64,000 nucleotides of DNA from Daphnia carinata (GCF_022539665.2 NC_081333.1:2480001-2544000), one strand, 5' to 3'. Positions 1 to 15,940 are shown, counted from the stretch's first letter. Numbers and translations: made by a program. The notes: generated by a model not told the origin, from the sequence alone.

Positions 1-1329
1 ATATGTTAGCTATCTCTGTCACAATTCACTGTGTTTGGCTCCAGAGCATTCTAGCCTCTCCCCCAGATATAGTGTTAGTTCCAGCAGTAGCAAGTCAGAA
101 ATCCTATCATCACCTACCTCCATGGTTAAACCGATAAGTGGATTTCCCTCAAAAATCAACATTAAATCAGTTGCATTTGAAGAGGCTTATGATTTGGGCT
201 TTGACATCACCAGTAGGGATGTTATAGTGTTTCTGCATATTCAAAAAACGGGTGGTACAACGTTTGGCCGGCATCTTGTCAAAGATCTGAATTTAGAGAA
301 TCCTTGTAATTGCCCAAGTAAGCGCAAACGCTGTGATTGTTTCCGTCCCAACACCATCAATGAGCAGTGGCTATTCAGTCGGTATTCAACCGGTTGGAAG
401 TGTGGCTTGCACGCAGACTGGACCGAGTTGACCGACTGCGTGGAGGGTGCGCTAGACGAGTACGAAGGATCTGCAAGAAAAAGAAGGTTGTGGCATTTAC
501 TCGAAACTTCATTATTTTTCTTTTTCGATCTAATCTGAACTGGCATGTTTTTTTTAGATATTTTTTCATCACTGTTCTTCGTGATCCAATTCACCGGTAT
601 CTGTCAGAATTCCGCCATGTTCAGAGAGGTGCCACTTGGAAAAGTGCCCGGCATTGGTGCGGTGGTCAGGAATTTACGAGTCTGCCTCACTGCTATAAGG
701 TATTTTTGGTTGATTTTAAGGATAGGTAGTTTCCGAGAAAAATCAACTTTAGGACATTTTGTGACTAAAAGGGATCCAACTGGACTGGCGTTGAGTTGGA
801 CGAGTTTATGAATTGTTCGTATAATCTGGCTCATAACCGGCAAACACGAATGCTGGCCGATCTGACACTGGCTGGCTGTTACACTGGCTACAATACGACA
901 GCAGACCAACTGGAACGTGATAGAATCTTATTGCAAAGCGCCAAACAGAACTTAGCTAGTATGGCGTATTTTGGATTGACAGAAGAGCAGGCTGCTAGCC
1001 AATACATATTTGAGCGAACGTTCCATCTTGATTTTGCAAACCCATTTGACCAAGCAAATGCAACTTTATCAGCTCAGGCAATAGCCGAACTAACGCCAAT
1101 TCAGGTAAAAACTTCTTATTGGCTGTCAGCGTCTTTCAATACCGACAATTATTTACAGCTAGAACGAGTTCGCCAGCTCAACAGCCTTGACAACGAGCTA
1201 CTAGAATTCGCCCGGCAGCTGTTGCACGAGCGATTTAAGATGCTTAAACGACGGGACTCCCATTTTAGGAGGAACTGGCTTCGCGTTATCCATCCCCATA
1301 AGTCCGAGAGAACGACGGAAACTCATTAG
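1..1329 (+). CDS. HS6ST: Heparan sulfate 6-O-sulfotransferase (5' end outside window); exons <1-486, 558-699, 772-1104, 1159-1329
   Basis: Family motifs DVIVFLHIQKTGGTTFGRHLV (5'-PAPS binding), WLFSRYSTGWKCGLHADWTEL, LRDPIHRYLSEFRHVQRGATWK and CSYNLAHNRQTRMLADL. GT-AG introns join in frame, and the frame is open from base 2. Confidence 0.96.
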
Positions 1330-2133
1330 TCTAAAACAAAAATCAGAAACACGGGAAATGTTGCCATCCTGCTATTTTATAAATTTTTTTTAAAGAAATT
1401 TTCACCGGTCTTTGCCTCTTGCACCTTTTTTTTATACTTTAGGATGCTTTTCTCTCAAGTCGTCTGTTTTTATATATATGTATATGTACCAACCGTCTAA
1501 TCTCTAATCACTACAGTGGTTTAGCTATTTTTAATTAAGATAAAAAGCTCACAGAATTTTAAGAGATGACGCATTTTGTCGTGAAATATAATCTGTCCTG
1601 TTATCTTGTGCTATTTTTTGTTTGTTAACCATCCTTGAGTCCTGCCATGCATGGCTTTTGATTGATCGATTGAGTTCACTTGTCCGATCCTTTCATATTA
1701 TCGCATCTGTTTGATTTTGTCATTTTATAAGAATTTTCTTACGTAAAAGAATCACCTTCTCTTCCAACCATGATCAATTAATCTCTTGACCATGTAGTCT
1801 CCTTGTTGAATCCTCTTCCTGCAACGTTTGCTTGTAATCCCAATCTCAGCCCTTTTGTAGCCTTCACAAGTCCCCAGCGATTTCTTTTCACACTTCAGTA
1901 CACTATGTTTTTTATAGCGCTTTAATTAGCACATCCTTTCAACATGCCTATTCATTGCTAGACGGTTTCTGCAATCCTTTTTCGGCACGGAAATGAAAAC
2001 ACGCTTCCTAAAATGATTATAAAGATATTAATGCTACCCCATAGAAACTAAAGTTAATAAAAACCTCCAGGATGATCTGAAATACTTGCGATTCTTTTTT
2101 AAATGTTTGTCGATTGCTTACAAAATGTATTCA

Positions 2134-5100
2134 TTAGGCTGGAACATCATGAAACGAAGCTAACATGGCATCCACATTGTCGTCCAGTTCGTCCTCTCCG
2201 TTTTCCAGCTCTTCGGTCTGCATCTTCATAAAATATAAAAACAATTGACATGTGCAATAGTAGAATAATTGTAATGAGAAATCAATACCTTTTCCAGCGG
2301 GGAAAACACAGTCGGTTTGGAATCTTCATGAGGTCTCTTCCTGGCTGGCGATGTCTCATTTTTAACTTGCTTTATCTCGGAAGGAATACAAGATTTTTCT
2401 GTTACTGACTGCGTCGGCAAAGCAACAGCAGCAATCACTTTCAGCGCTTCTTTCCGCGTCATCATTCTCGTTGATTTCACAGGAGATTCGCTGGATATCG
2501 TCGTCACACCCATTGGAGGTGTTGAAAAATCATCGTCATGTGAACCATTTGAAATAGATAGTCGGTTGGACGGTAGCGGTGATGACTCAGGTTGGCGTAT
2601 TTCAACCACTAAATCCAATGAATTTTCATGAATGTTTTTAGCAGGGGTTGTCACGTGCTTGATTAATGCAGCGTCGGTTGGTATTGTCGATTGACCAACT
2701 GATATAGCACGTAGAGTCGATTGCGTCGCTACCATAGCTGATGACGTTGATGCAGGTTCAACCAACTTGACAGAGCCGTTCAATAATGGCGCTTCCTGCT
2801 GAATGCAACGCAATTGCTTCGATTCTAGAGCAAAATTGAGCGTCGGCCCTCTTGGTCGCAATATAGACTGAATCGACACCAAGGCTTCAACACAGACCGA
2901 CGACACCTAAACAGAGAGTGAAGACATAATACAATATGGTACGTTGACGTCAAACGAAATTGTATTACCTCAATGTTGGGATCGTTCATGCCACTGCTAA
3001 AAATGGCAGAAGCGTAGTTGAGGGGTGCCGGCCATTGGGGACTTGGACATAGCAACAACTTTTCCAATACCCGATACATGCAAGCTCGACAGCGGGGGTC
3101 ATTGTACGGCACAAGTGTGTTCAGTTCAGCGCCGTTCATGATGTCAACGAGTACGGACAACACGATCTCTTGAGTTTCCTATTTTTATTTTTTTTTTAAT
3201 AGAAACGTGTTGTCAAGAAATGATAATCCCTATTTCTGTTCAAAATTTTTACTTTATGTATGGCTGGCTTGATTCTCGGCCCGCAACAGAGAAGGATTGT
3301 AGACATACATTGGAGGGCCATCTGACAAACGTCAGCGTTGGCTGTCAAATCCTCTTTCTGAAGAATCACACCAGTGGTCCCCATCTTTTTCTTTCCTTTC
3401 CTAGTCATCTTTCCATTGCTAGGAGGATTCACTACACACATTTTTGTAAATGATATATCAATTTTAACAATTACAAAATATTTTCCAGGTCTTCTAGGCT
3501 ACCTGTTAGCAGCTGGACCGTGTCTCGGTGGACGAGGATATCTGATAGCAATTGGCTGAAGAGTACATCAACACATTTACCCCAACCGCAGGCCGAGCGG
3601 CTTGCGGCCACCCATAAGCACAAGGTTCGGTAGACTTGGCTGCGTAATTTCCTGTAATACACAAGTGGATAGCACTTGGCCATATCTGTTAATTTCCCGC
3701 TTTCATTTGGTTCATGTGAAGTGGTCTTTACCCGTAGGGTCTTTCAATTCCAACTCGACGTCGATCAACTGGAGTGAAAGTCCACTGAAGCACTTGAACG
3801 AAAAAGTTCATAACAGTTGTCGCTCGGGTCAGCAATTGAGACCTGCAGACGGCCACCAAAGACGCCAAGACGTCTAACACGGACGACTGAAGGTCAGGGA
3901 TAATTGATCCCAAGGTCAATTGTTCTGTTTAATTCAAAAATAGATTCAAGTATATTCGACAATAGATATCTCTCGCAACTGAAAAATACCGAAATTGGCT
4001 CGGGCTGTCTTTGAAAGACTTTTGCTGTTAAGCGCTAAGAGGCGAGAAATCATTGCCAAAAGTCGATCGATCGGGACATTCTTTGTGGTGGGGAATGGCT
4101 CGCTATTTGGAAGGGCAAAAGTGAAAACAAAATGATTACAACACGACCCTAAGTAGATTGGCACATTTCCAGATACCGCAATCGAAAGGAAATGAAAAAA
4201 TTACTTACTTGAGCAACACGACTAACGCGGAACAGAGGTTCACAAATCTTCGCTGTTGATCGTGTAACAAAACCATGGGATTCTTATGTTGCAATTCTGG
4301 GATTTTTAATGGATTCGACGAAACCTCTTGTATCTACGATGGAAACAGACACATTGATTCTTGAGTTTATCTTTGAGTAAAACGCTTGACCGATAGCGTT
4401 TCTTTGTTTACCTTCAGTTCTTCGATGTTTCTAAACATCCCGTTGATCGTGCAATGGACAGAGTCGATGAGCTGCAGGCAAAATTCGATCCAGTTGCTTC
4501 TGTGCTGAGCTCCTTGCGATCCACTGCTACCGACACTAGGCAGATACGCCATGCAAGTAGCCCACACTGATCGCAGGCTCGAATCAGTGGCCATTTCATC
4601 CCAATCAATCAGCGATAAGAGATGTCGTTCAATAGCACCCTGGTGGGACAAAGAATGATTGGCATGATGCTCTTTGCATATAAAATCAACAGTTATCCTT
4701 CACCGACCTTGACTGGGCCGCAAGGGTTACCATAATTTTTCATACAACTCTTGAGGCACTCAAGGACATGTACTGTAATGGAAGCCTAGAATTCAATGTC
4801 ATGTACAACTAGTTAGCTCACAATCAGTTACCAAATGTGAAACAATGCTTACCTTTTGTGAAAATTCTGGCTCACATAGCAAGGTTACTAGTTGCGAAAT
4901 AACTGTGGTGCTTAGTTGTCGTGAGAGTTCTGGAAACTGAGATGAGAATGCCAGCAGCTTGCCTGTAAGTAAATGTTTTGGTATTACAGGTGCCATCTTT
5001 GCTACCTGGGGCCAAGAACAACACTCACCCAGAACCTTAAAAACGGTCTGTCCCACAGTCTTTTTGGTGGGACCGTGGAGCAAGCGCATCACTTGTTGGA

Positions 5101-5426
5101 CCCACGAAACACAATTGGAAGTGAAGGTGTCAGTCCCACATTGAGTTACGAGCACATCGAGAAGGAGAGCTCCTTCAACCCTGCAAAACAGTTAATACGG
5201 ATCGTGAGCACAAGAAAGAATTTTTTTCAAAACGGGAAGCTCACCTGGTATCGGGGTTATTGAGCTTGCCGTTGATGACGCCGACGGCATGATTCAAGTC
5301 AGCTTCATTTGCGACTAGCTCACCAAAACTCTGATGCGATTTGCACGTCTCCAAAAACTGCCAAAGATTGTGTTCGCCTTCAACACTTTCAGTATACAGT
5401 GGCAGTAGATTTAAAAGGCCATCCAT
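2134..5426 (-). CDS. PELP1: PELP1/Rix1-like rixosome scaffold protein, multi-exon
   Basis: N-terminal NNPDTRVEGALLLDVLVTQCGTDTFTSNCVSWVQQV resembles the PELP1 RIX1 domain. Also SQFPELSRQLS, several LxxLL motifs, a low-complexity S/T/P region and a C-terminal DAMLASFHDVPA* typical of PELP1. ATG at 5426, TAA at 2134. Confidence 0.85.
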
Positions 5427-7674
5427 ATTGATGACTGTTAACGCTATCACACTCCTTTTTACCTGGTACGAGAAGGTTTAGATTCGTGAATCTAAACAGC
5501 CGTATTTCAATAACACGTGGAGAAGCAAATCGCCATCGTCTGTAAAGGACTTTGGCTCTGTCATTGGCTGATGGCTCTGTGCGTTGCCATATCGAGTAAA
5601 ATGGCACAAACGTGTCCGGATTTTTAAAAGAACTAGACAGACACAAACCAAATGAAACTCTTAGCGAGTCTCTCGGTCTTCCTCGAGCCCCTGTCAATAC
5701 CGCCATATGAATATGAATGTCCGAGCCTTCCTCTTATTCTAAAAGCTTGCGATGCTAATCTGTTCTTTTTTTTTCCGAGTCGATCGGAATGGCTGCAATG
5801 GAGGTTGGGAAGCAATGCGGACCCTTTTATGCGCGACGGCAAAAGATCGTGTGAGAATACAAGTATAGAAGACAAGCTAGACGGCAGCTCGTTTTTTATT
5901 TGACTCATTCGAAAATCTTCCATCATCGCCCTATGTACGGAAGGGAATGGCGTTTAGACCAAGGTTGTGAAAAATATATTGTTTATAGATGTATTGATCT
6001 TTTTTCCTTTCGCGAAAAATTCTCCTCTTTTGGCTATCAACATCTTTGATCAATCGATGGACGACGTTCGCCTTTTCGAAAATTGATGGACCCGAATGCA
6101 TGTAGCTACGCTGGCGGAAGATGACGATGGCAAAAAGGCTAAAATGATCGGCCCAAAGGCACATTTTGAATGACTAAATCTATTCTCCCAAAGACTAAAA
6201 ACTATTTGAAAATAAAGGAAAGAAAAATATTACAAGTCAGTATTCAATTCCCCCCGCTTTTTTTATCATTCGACATTGATCTGCAGTCCGTTCAATGTTT
6301 TCACGCGGTGCGGGAACGTGATCGGATCGATGGTAGCCGGATTTTCTATATTCTACCTAAGGGGCGAACAAAACAAAAATCAATCAGAGATATTTAAAAG
6401 AAAACACGCAAAAAGGAGAGATAGTCCTTCAACTTTCAGCAACATTGTCAATTCTTTTATCCGTGTGTCACGAACCCAAATGCCTATTACGCACGCCGGA
6501 TGACACTATCGGAGAAGCACACGTTTTTGATTGAGTGTGGAGAAGCCTTAACGTGTGTGCCCTTGGTCGTCCTGTCAGCTAAAAAGTCATTCCAGTACGA
6601 GCCGAGCTCACCACTCTACGTGTGCTGATCAATAAATGTGTCTATAAAAAAAACATTCGCCGAAAAAGAAATCTCTGCCCCCCTCCCCAAGAGTCTCATA
6701 CAACATTTAGTTGTAGGAGAAAAAAAAAAGCTTGGTCATTATATAATGGGACCAAAGGGAACAAGATGTTGTGGCAGGAAAAAAAAAAGGGAAAATCATT
6801 TTCTTTTATTTCTCCGTCATTTCTTTGGGTACGCCGGGTGCGCTGTACAAACCCCGTAGTAATAAAAATGGCATCGTTTTCTTTTTTTTTTTTTTTCTTA
6901 TTTAATACGTCTGAGTGAATGGTGCTGGCCTTTTTTTTTTTTTTTTAAATCAAATAACCGCTGCTATGGTGAAGCATTACCGCAAGATGCTCTACACAGA
7001 GCCGCAAATAGTGCGCACGTTTATTTCACTGCCCACTTCTTTTTTTTTTTTTTTTTAATATGACATAATTAATTATTTCGAAGACGGGGGCTACAGTAGA
7101 TTGCAAAGATCCCATGAGGAGTGATCAATCTGTTTACGACAGGAAATGAATTTCGTGTATGAGAAGAAGAACGTCCGCATAAGCACAAAAAGGGGAGGCC
7201 TATTTATAACTGAATTCTTTTATAACGTGCACGTCTCGAATCAAGCAGTGCCGCGTCCCGACTGACCGCAATCAGGTCACGGCCGCGGCCATGACATTTA
7301 TGTTTAGGCCTATGTGTGTCTCTGTGCACACGCCAGATTTTCTATATTCGTGACAATCATGTGCGTCTAACAAGACCGGAAAGGGAAACAGAGAACCAGC
7401 AGTCCCAATTTGTTATCGCTGCCCAGTGCTCTCTATACAAATGTAAACAGTTACAACTGTATACAGTTTACACTGCGTAAAAATAAAGTTTGATATCGCA
7501 TCTAGGTTAACGATCGCCTAGCGTGAAATAAGATGTTTCATGGCTGTTTGTTCCGCCAAACAACACAAGACTATCAGACACGCGTCCAGGCCTCTGTTGG
7601 ATTATTGACTCGCCTCCATGATATCAAGGTTGGCGTCGGCGATATAGTCCACCAACTTTTTCCTCCTCACCTTT

Positions 7675-7706
<32 letters not shown>

Positions 7707-10700
7707 GACTTCATATTATTTCTTAAGAAATAAAATAAGTCAGTCTATATAGGGAATCCTGTATAAACTTGACATCATTCGACCGTAAGGCGGGAAGAGT
7801 TGAGTTCAAAACGCGTGGCGACATGTCGAATCATTCACGCAATCCCATTCAATTTTAATTATGATTGTCTGTTGAACGTGTAACTCAATCTCTGCGAACA
7901 AGCATCAGAAAATCAAGGGTATGGGAAAGAGGGTATAGTGTTTACATCTCCTTGAAGGGTACGATGTTTACACAAAACTTGGAGATGTGGACGAGAGTTT
8001 GATTCATGCCTGACTGGTGGTGCGTGAGTTGGCTTCGTTTTTCCCATATTTGGACACGGGCACGGTGACAATCCAAATTAGAATAAGCCGGAAATATGTC
8101 CAAACTTTGCTAACCGACGATGAAAACTAAATTTTTCGAAAAAAAAACAATAAAGCCTAAAGGACTTTGCACTTGAAAATCATTGGAATGCAAATCGAAA
8201 TTCAGCACAATCATCGTTATTTTGAAAATATTATTCAACGAGATGGAGGGGATTTTATTCGATAAGACAAGGCCCATTGTATTCGTAATCAAAAACAATA
8301 GGTGGCTGTTAAAGCGCGAGAGCAAACACGGCCAAGTGAGACTCTTGAATAAAACAAGACGCACAGCAACTTGTTGCTACTCATCTTTTGTTTAAAATCA
8401 TTTCACTCGGCTTCCCATTTGTTTTGCTTTTCATCCATAATGGCGCAATCTAAGTGCGCTAAGTTTGATGGATGCAACAACAGGTATGTGCTCTTTCTCT
8501 CTGTTCTGTGGCTTTTCACCGATCATAAAAGCATCGGCGAGCGTGTGACGAAGCATTTCAAAGAGCCACCATTGACGCAAAGAACGTGTTCGTTTGGCAA
8601 ATCTATTTTTTTTTTTTGCAATCCAAAATTATGAAAATATTTGTGTTTGAATTTCCCGCTGAATTGTGTGCGGCTTGTTCGCTACATTATGTTTTAGACT
8701 TGAAAATGAGGAAAACATTATTCGTGTTTGCTCGATCGATACGTGAAATTCTAAAACATTTTTCCTGATTCACTTTGACGGATAGCATCATATCCGGCAC
8801 GCATTAAATTAAACGAAGGATGTATGCGATAGGGAGGCCGGCGCACATCACGAAAAATGTGGAATTTGTTATTGAATAATGCAACGAATCAATTTAATAA
8901 AAAAACGAATGTGACAGCACCGTACGTCACACGACAAATTGGTCTCTTTAAAAAAGCAGAAATTTAAAGAACGCGATGACACAATGTTCTACAAATGTAA
9001 TTAATTTCAAAACGACCTTCGCCGCGATAAAAATATCAAGTAGAAAGCAAACTGCCCCTGCCTGGCACCGTCTGTCCAACGATGCGCAAAACTCACGCAC
9101 CCAAACGTATTGTTTTCTTTTGCGAACGTCACATTTAAAAAATGGCAAACTACAAAGCGCTGCTGGAAAAACGGAAAATCTGCAAAATGCAAATGGCAAT
9201 TTTTATGTTTTTTTTTCTCATACTCATTGGCAATTCCAGTTGAATCACCTGCTCGTTGTTGTGCATCAGAAAAGTGTGTCGCTTCAACATGTGCGTGTCA
9301 TCCTTAAAAACAAAAACAAAAAAAACAAAACAAAACAAAAACGTGCTTGACAATGACCAGCAATAGCAGAGAAAGAACAACTCTCCGTGTGTTTGCAACT
9401 GATGTGATTAATAGGCTTCATGGGAAATCACATCAAGCGAGCGGGACAAACAAAAAAAATAAGAACCAACGGCGGCAGAGAGAGAGAGAGAGAGACAACA
9501 ATCAAGTGCGTGTTTTCTCTATATTCGGCAAATGTTTGGGCGAAACGACGAGAGCAAAAAGTCGCTATTGCCGTGACCAACTTTGGTAGCCCAACAGTTT
9601 TTTTGTTTTGTTTTTTTTCACGGCAAGCACTTGTGTGTGTGCGACGACAGAAAAAGAAAGAGAGAGAGAAAGGTTTTTTTTTTTAAACGTCAGCTTTATC
9701 TACGAGAAACGACCTGGAATGTTTATAGAACAATGACAGAGTTCAACAATAATAGCCAGGAAACAGGCGAATCTCAAACAATTCGTGCATCGTTTTTTTT
9801 TTTTCCATTTCGTGATTACCCTGCGTTAACGCGTGCAATCGGGAGATTACATAACACGGCAATATATGGAATGTTGGATTATTTCTGATTAGAAATTATA
9901 TAAACGCCTAGCGCGTCATTCGAATGGAAGGGTCTTTGCAGTTTTCAGCGGACTAAATCCAGTTTCCGGTCTAGATTAGCAGATCATCATTAAAAATCAG
10001 TTGTTTTTGATTCGATTTTATTCATTTAAAAAAAAAAAAAAGAATATATTTTTTTTTATCTTCCTGTTTGGATCACGGTCATCCGTGAAAGTCAAAACCG
10101 CAAGACTTCCGAGAGTCAAACATCACCGGTTTTAGCCAGTTTTTGAAAATCACGAACGCTCTCGGCTTGTTACATTTTCACAATATTTCTATTTCATATT
10201 CAAACGCGTCGTTTTGTAGAAAACGAAAAAAACAAACTGGTTTCACAAATGTTTCAATGGCGCAACCACTAAGATTTGAATTCATTTCTTTTTCAATAAA
10301 AATTGATTAGCCCGAATATCAATTTACATAGAATACGCCACGTTCCTTTAATAGGATGACTCATCGATCGTAAATGTTTGCGACAAAAAATCCTAACCAA
10401 AAAAATGTGTGTTTCTTGTTTTGTTTTTATGAAAAATGAAAATCATAACTCATCAATCGGAATGCTGTTCACGTTCTGTTCCGGTATAACGCGCTCACAC
10501 GAACCCTTTTTTTTTTTGCTCTCTCCAAGGTTATACACAACTCACTGTACACACACGTATAATTATCGTAACTACATACCGCCAAGGCCCACCATCTTAT
10601 TTTTTTTTTGTTTTGTTCTCCACGAATTTTCAAGTGTTTTACGGAAGCTGAATTATTCAAACGTATCGGCGCCATAGTTGGGTGTCTTATCCGCTACACA

Positions 10701-13700
10701 CCGCAATGCAAGTTGGTGCTGTACTGCTATACGCACAGACGGGAAAGGAAGAATGAAAATGCACGAGTTATGCATATGTATTCGGCTTTCAACGTACTGC
10801 ACGCGAGTATAACGTGCACTTTCACCATCGCCTTGAAATGGAAGGGGGGAAAAAAAAGGAAGAAGAATAAGACCCTTTCCATTAGGTGGGTGACCATTGA
10901 CGGTGTCATTTCCTATTTCTTCTTCGTGCAGCCTTGATCCTCTTTCGTTCGGATTTGCTAAACGGAAGGAAGAAGCGAATCGTGCCTATACATCTGAAAA
11001 ATCGTTCTTCTTTTATTGCTTCGAGGGCAATATACTTTCGTGAACTTCCACTTTCTGATATTCTTGCACGTTGAATTATTTTGAAAGTTGAAAAATTCAT
11101 TTGAGGGATAAAACCTCCAGCTAAACGTGAATCAAATTCCCTCTGTTAATTATTCATTGGCCCCTTTCCTTGAACATTTCGCAGTTGACATATCGCAAGC
11201 CCTTCTAGAAATACCTTGCACATATTTTCCTTCGCATGGTTTCCCACGACATTAACGGTTGATTTGTTCTTACCTTGCCTCTTGCAGTATTGCCCAACTA
11301 AGGACATTTGTTTCCACACTTGTCGTATGATTTTCTGGTATACGTGAATTAGTAACAGATTGCTATGCGTCTGGTTAGGACCAACTTATTTGCACACCTT
11401 GAGCTGGGCCACAGTTTGACAGTAGACGTGTTTACGTAATAGACCTGGACATCTACCTAGAAACAAGCGAAGCTCACCTCAATTTTGCATCCACACACGG
11501 CAACGTTAAAAACACAAACGCGAAATTCATTTCAAAATAAAAATGTTCAACTTATACACAATTCAGTTCACATGCGAGCCACATCCATTTACGTAACGCT
11601 CTTATAAAAAAAAAAAAAAGAAGATAAATGGAAAGACTTTCGGGGGTCGTTGAGTCTGTCACGCGGCCAGGTATGAGCCTCGCTGAATCGCAATCGTCCC
11701 ATGTTGCAGAGCACAATTGGCGTGTCTGGCAGTGAATACGACAACCATACGTATTGCCTTTGTTATGTATATACTTAAACGTAATGGACTATAGAAGCTG
11801 GGGCTTGCAATAAATGCGCTAGCTTTTATATTAGATCAATTGTGCGCATTGCAGAAGTGACGTGTGCACATCAACGTGTATGCCTTATGGATAAAACAAT
11901 AACGTTGTACATTGCCATCGAATAGCATATCATTACCGATGTAACACACACACACTACAAGGAAGAGTTTGCTGCTTTAAAAGATTCAGCCTTTTACGTT
12001 GACATTTGCGAAATTTTTGTTGTGCATGCCATTGATGGCCAGGTGTTTTTTGGCCTTCTTTGAAATGTATTTAACCTTTGTCAATCGAAAACTAATTTGT
12101 CTCCTACCAGACAGGCTGCGGGCCCTTATAGACACACAACATTCATCGACATTCAAAACAAAACTTTCTCTATATACAGTATATACCAGTGTATAAAAAA
12201 CAAGTTTGCCGTTATACATTTTCTTTCCTTTTTGCTATTTAGGTCCTGCGCAAAAAAAAAAAGAGATAGGGCCAGCGCAGGTGCGCTCATCCATCTTCCT
12301 TCGTCGCTAGGGGGGGAAGTTCGACATGCAAGTCGCACGTTCAGAGACGCTCTATACGGACATCCCATCCATCTAATAAGTCAAATGCTTCTCTACGTTG
12401 TTTGAGTGCTCGAGCTGCTGTTTTATTTTTTAATATATACCTGCCTGGCTTTTATTTATTTATATACATTTTTTGTTTTTGACCATATAATATAGCTACC
12501 AGAACATTCCGCAGGATGTCTTTTATCGGCCGGTTGGGGTTTTATAGAGTCTCTATATAAAATGGCCATCAAGAAAATGAATAAAAAAAGCGCCATTATT
12601 TTATTTAACGTACATGTACGGCAAAACACGTTGTGTCTCGTTGTGAAATTTTTTGGCCATTCGCGTGTCTCTAAATGGCGGAATGTATTCATCGTGATTT
12701 CGGGCAGACGAGGACAACCGCAAATAAAACGCCAATTGAGAAAATTTCAGTTGACAGCGAAAATTCGTTGTTTTTTTTTTTGCGAGGAAGGGAGTATCTC
12801 TTATAACCTTGGAGATGCCAAATAGCCTGTGTACAACAACTGCGTGATTACGTTCGCGTCTGTCGGCAAACTTACATTGAAGGGGGGGGCCGTTTGGCAT
12901 TGATTTGTTCGCCACGTTATTCCTGGCTTTTATTTTTTTTTAATTCCTTCCCTTTTTTTTTTTCTTTGGCGTCGTATAAGACGGCCACCAAATTGCAGAA
13001 GGGATCTCGTCTCGGAGACGGAAAAGCCCCACCCCCTGGATTGCGAGCGATTAGACCCAATTGTATATACAGAGTAAAGTGATACAGCTCTGCTGTATAT
13101 GTTGAAGCAGTTGGATTAGAGCTTACGTCTACATGTAGGCCAATGTAACAATTGCGAAGTAAATAGAGGCCAATCACACACACGGAATTATCGTCACGTG
13201 GGACACATCTATATAACACGATTCGCTGTAACCGTCATCAGTTTAATGGCCATTTCGAGTTTGTCCTCGAAGACAAAATAAACACATGCGGAAAACTGTT
13301 TCAGCCAATTTTACAGCAATTTTACTCTCTTTGTTTTTTTGCAAAGTCACTGAGTTTATTTGTTTTGTTTTTTTCACGTGTCTAAATGGGGTGATACGCG
13401 TATACGACACTTGACGAATAAAGTCATCCCTTTTTCTTTTTACGATTAAATTCATAGCCGATCATTTTGTTGACTTGTTGCGCATTTTCTTATGCACAAT
13501 TCTTATCGTTTCCTTATCAACGCCAAAAAAAAAAAAAAAAAATTGTCAGGAAGCATTTTCGCACAGTCACGACAGCACACGTTATGTAGTGTCCTCTTGT
13601 ACCCGAACATTTTCTATAAGGACAGATGTTTTAAAAGCCCCCCCCCCCTTTTTTTTCGTCTTTTTTTGTTGTTGTCGTTATACACGCGGTACGGAAACTG

Positions 13701-15940
13701 CTCTCTCTCTCTCTCTCTCTCTCTGCTGCTGCATCAATATTTAAATATTCAATATTGCCGCCAGTTGCTTGAACGCCCATATCGTTACAATGATTGACAA
13801 ACGTTTGATCAACGTCAATCAACGACTGTGCGATCAATCAGATCGTCATTGAACATGTTGCCGCAGCAACTTCAATGTATAGAATCACATTTTCATCAAT
13901 GGGCGACCAGTCGCTTTATTTGGAGTGATTGGTGGCGACACTAATTTTATGCTGATGTGTTCGACAAGAATTCCTAGCTATACACGTTAAAGGTCGAAAT
14001 TTAAATAAACAAGAAACGAAAAATGTGTGTTTAGGACCGATCATCGTAACAAGAAAGTAGTACATAACGACTCTCTTGTTTTGACTAAAAGCTGAGCACA
14101 TTCCCCCCCCCCCCTTTTTTATTTTTTTCTGATGGGTTGAATGGCCTTTTTTGTTTACACGTTTGATACGAACGCCATAGTGTTGCTTCATCAAATCAGG
14201 AAAATAATAAATACTTGTTATGCTCATATTTACATGATTTGTTTGGAATTGATATATACAACAAGGATAGATATAGGGGATATATATGGATGGCGTCATC
14301 GATATCAATGCTCTCGTTAAAAAAAAAAAAAAAGAAAAAAAAAGAAAATAAAATAAAATAAAATCATTCTAGAACGGAAATGGAACGGGTTGCCGGAAGC
14401 AGGTTGCGATAATGATGTCGACTGGACGAGTTGTTCATTATTCTCTGCCTAACGGGCGATTCGGCAATCCGGAGTTTATATAACAAAGTCACGATTTTTA
14501 TTTTAAAAAGAATTCCTTATTCTTATTCCCTGTTAGAAAGCATTAAAAAAAAAAAAAAAAAAAGAATGTTTGGTTACACGTCAAACCGAATCAGCACTGG
14601 GCACCTTATTGAATGATCAGCTGCTACATCGATCGCCATGGCGACGCTCCATAACCGAAACAGACACACACACACACACACACGACCTTTAGTTTTTCTT
14701 TTTTTTTTTTCGCCAAATTGAATCAGTTATAGACATAAACATTGTAATGCGCCATTCATTTTGATTTGCGCACTTCTTCTTCTTTTTTTCCCAGAAATCA
14801 ATTAACGCACCGCCATTACGAACGATTTGTTTCCTTCCTTTCATTTCTGCCAACAGATTTCCTTTTTTTTTTTTTTTTGCGGAGGTGGAATCAAGATTCC
14901 GCATGAGTGCCATCTTTTTTTTATTATTTAATGGAAAGGAAAAAAAAAGTGCATTTATTGCACGCTCGTAATATGGACAAAAGGGAGAGCTATGTAACCC
15001 CCCTTCTTTCTCCCATCAACCCACACACAGCAGGGAGGGGAGGGGGCATGTGTGTGTGTGTCTGTGTGTGAACCACAAAATAGGGGAAAGAGAGAGAGAG
15101 AGAGGCGGTACCGGGACTTTTGGCTGGGACTTGTGTGAGGGCATATAGGAAGCTGGTCGTCACGGAAATAAGTCCAGTCGGTGCACGGTCTCGCGTCAAA
15201 ACACAAGCGCACACAGAGCGAATCACTTCAACTTCGAAGCGCCACGAAAACAAGTTAGGAATCAGCAAGTTTCGTTTCAAGTGATGATTAGGAAACATTC
15301 CACCAGTTGAAAAGGACGTTTTCCCTTTCTTTTTCCCTCCAACGGGCCTTTTTATTTTTTTTTATTTTTTATTTTAATTAGGAAATTTTAAAAGGAAAGA
15401 ACAAATAAGAAAAAAAGGGACGTTATTAACAATGCAGACTCGATCGCCCGGTAGTGTCCCGCGTGTCGTGAACGACGTCATCAGTTTCCTGTTGACGACG
15501 TCGCACTTGTCCAACATTTTAACTCGTTTAATAGTCTAAGTGCTCCCCTTTTTTTGTAATTTCTATTCAAGGGAAAGGGGGGGGAGGGATTTACTAATTT
15601 TTTTTTTTTCTCGGGGAATTTTATTTTTAGTTTTTTTTTCAGTTAAAGGAATTTCAGAATTTTTTGTTTTGTTTTATTCTTTATTGACAAGGACGGATGT
15701 AACGGCTTTCAACACGGTGATGGCTACCGGATAACCCCTTTTTTAAAAATAATTTTCTCGTTGCAAATGAATTTGGAATTTATATTTTCACATTAGCGGA
15801 AAGAGAAAAAACAAAAGAAAGCCGTCCTTTGTACGACAACAGTTGGAAGCTTTGATTTGTAGACGTGTGCGTGTATCGAGTGCGTGTGTGTGTGTGTCTG
15901 CGTTAAAAAGACATTCGAGCTCGTTGCGTGGGATTTCAAG

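Noticed and set aside
5931..15900. Many short ORFs upstream of the GPCR
   Set aside because: Poly-K/poly-F translations of homopolymer runs, with no domains or coherent exon chain.
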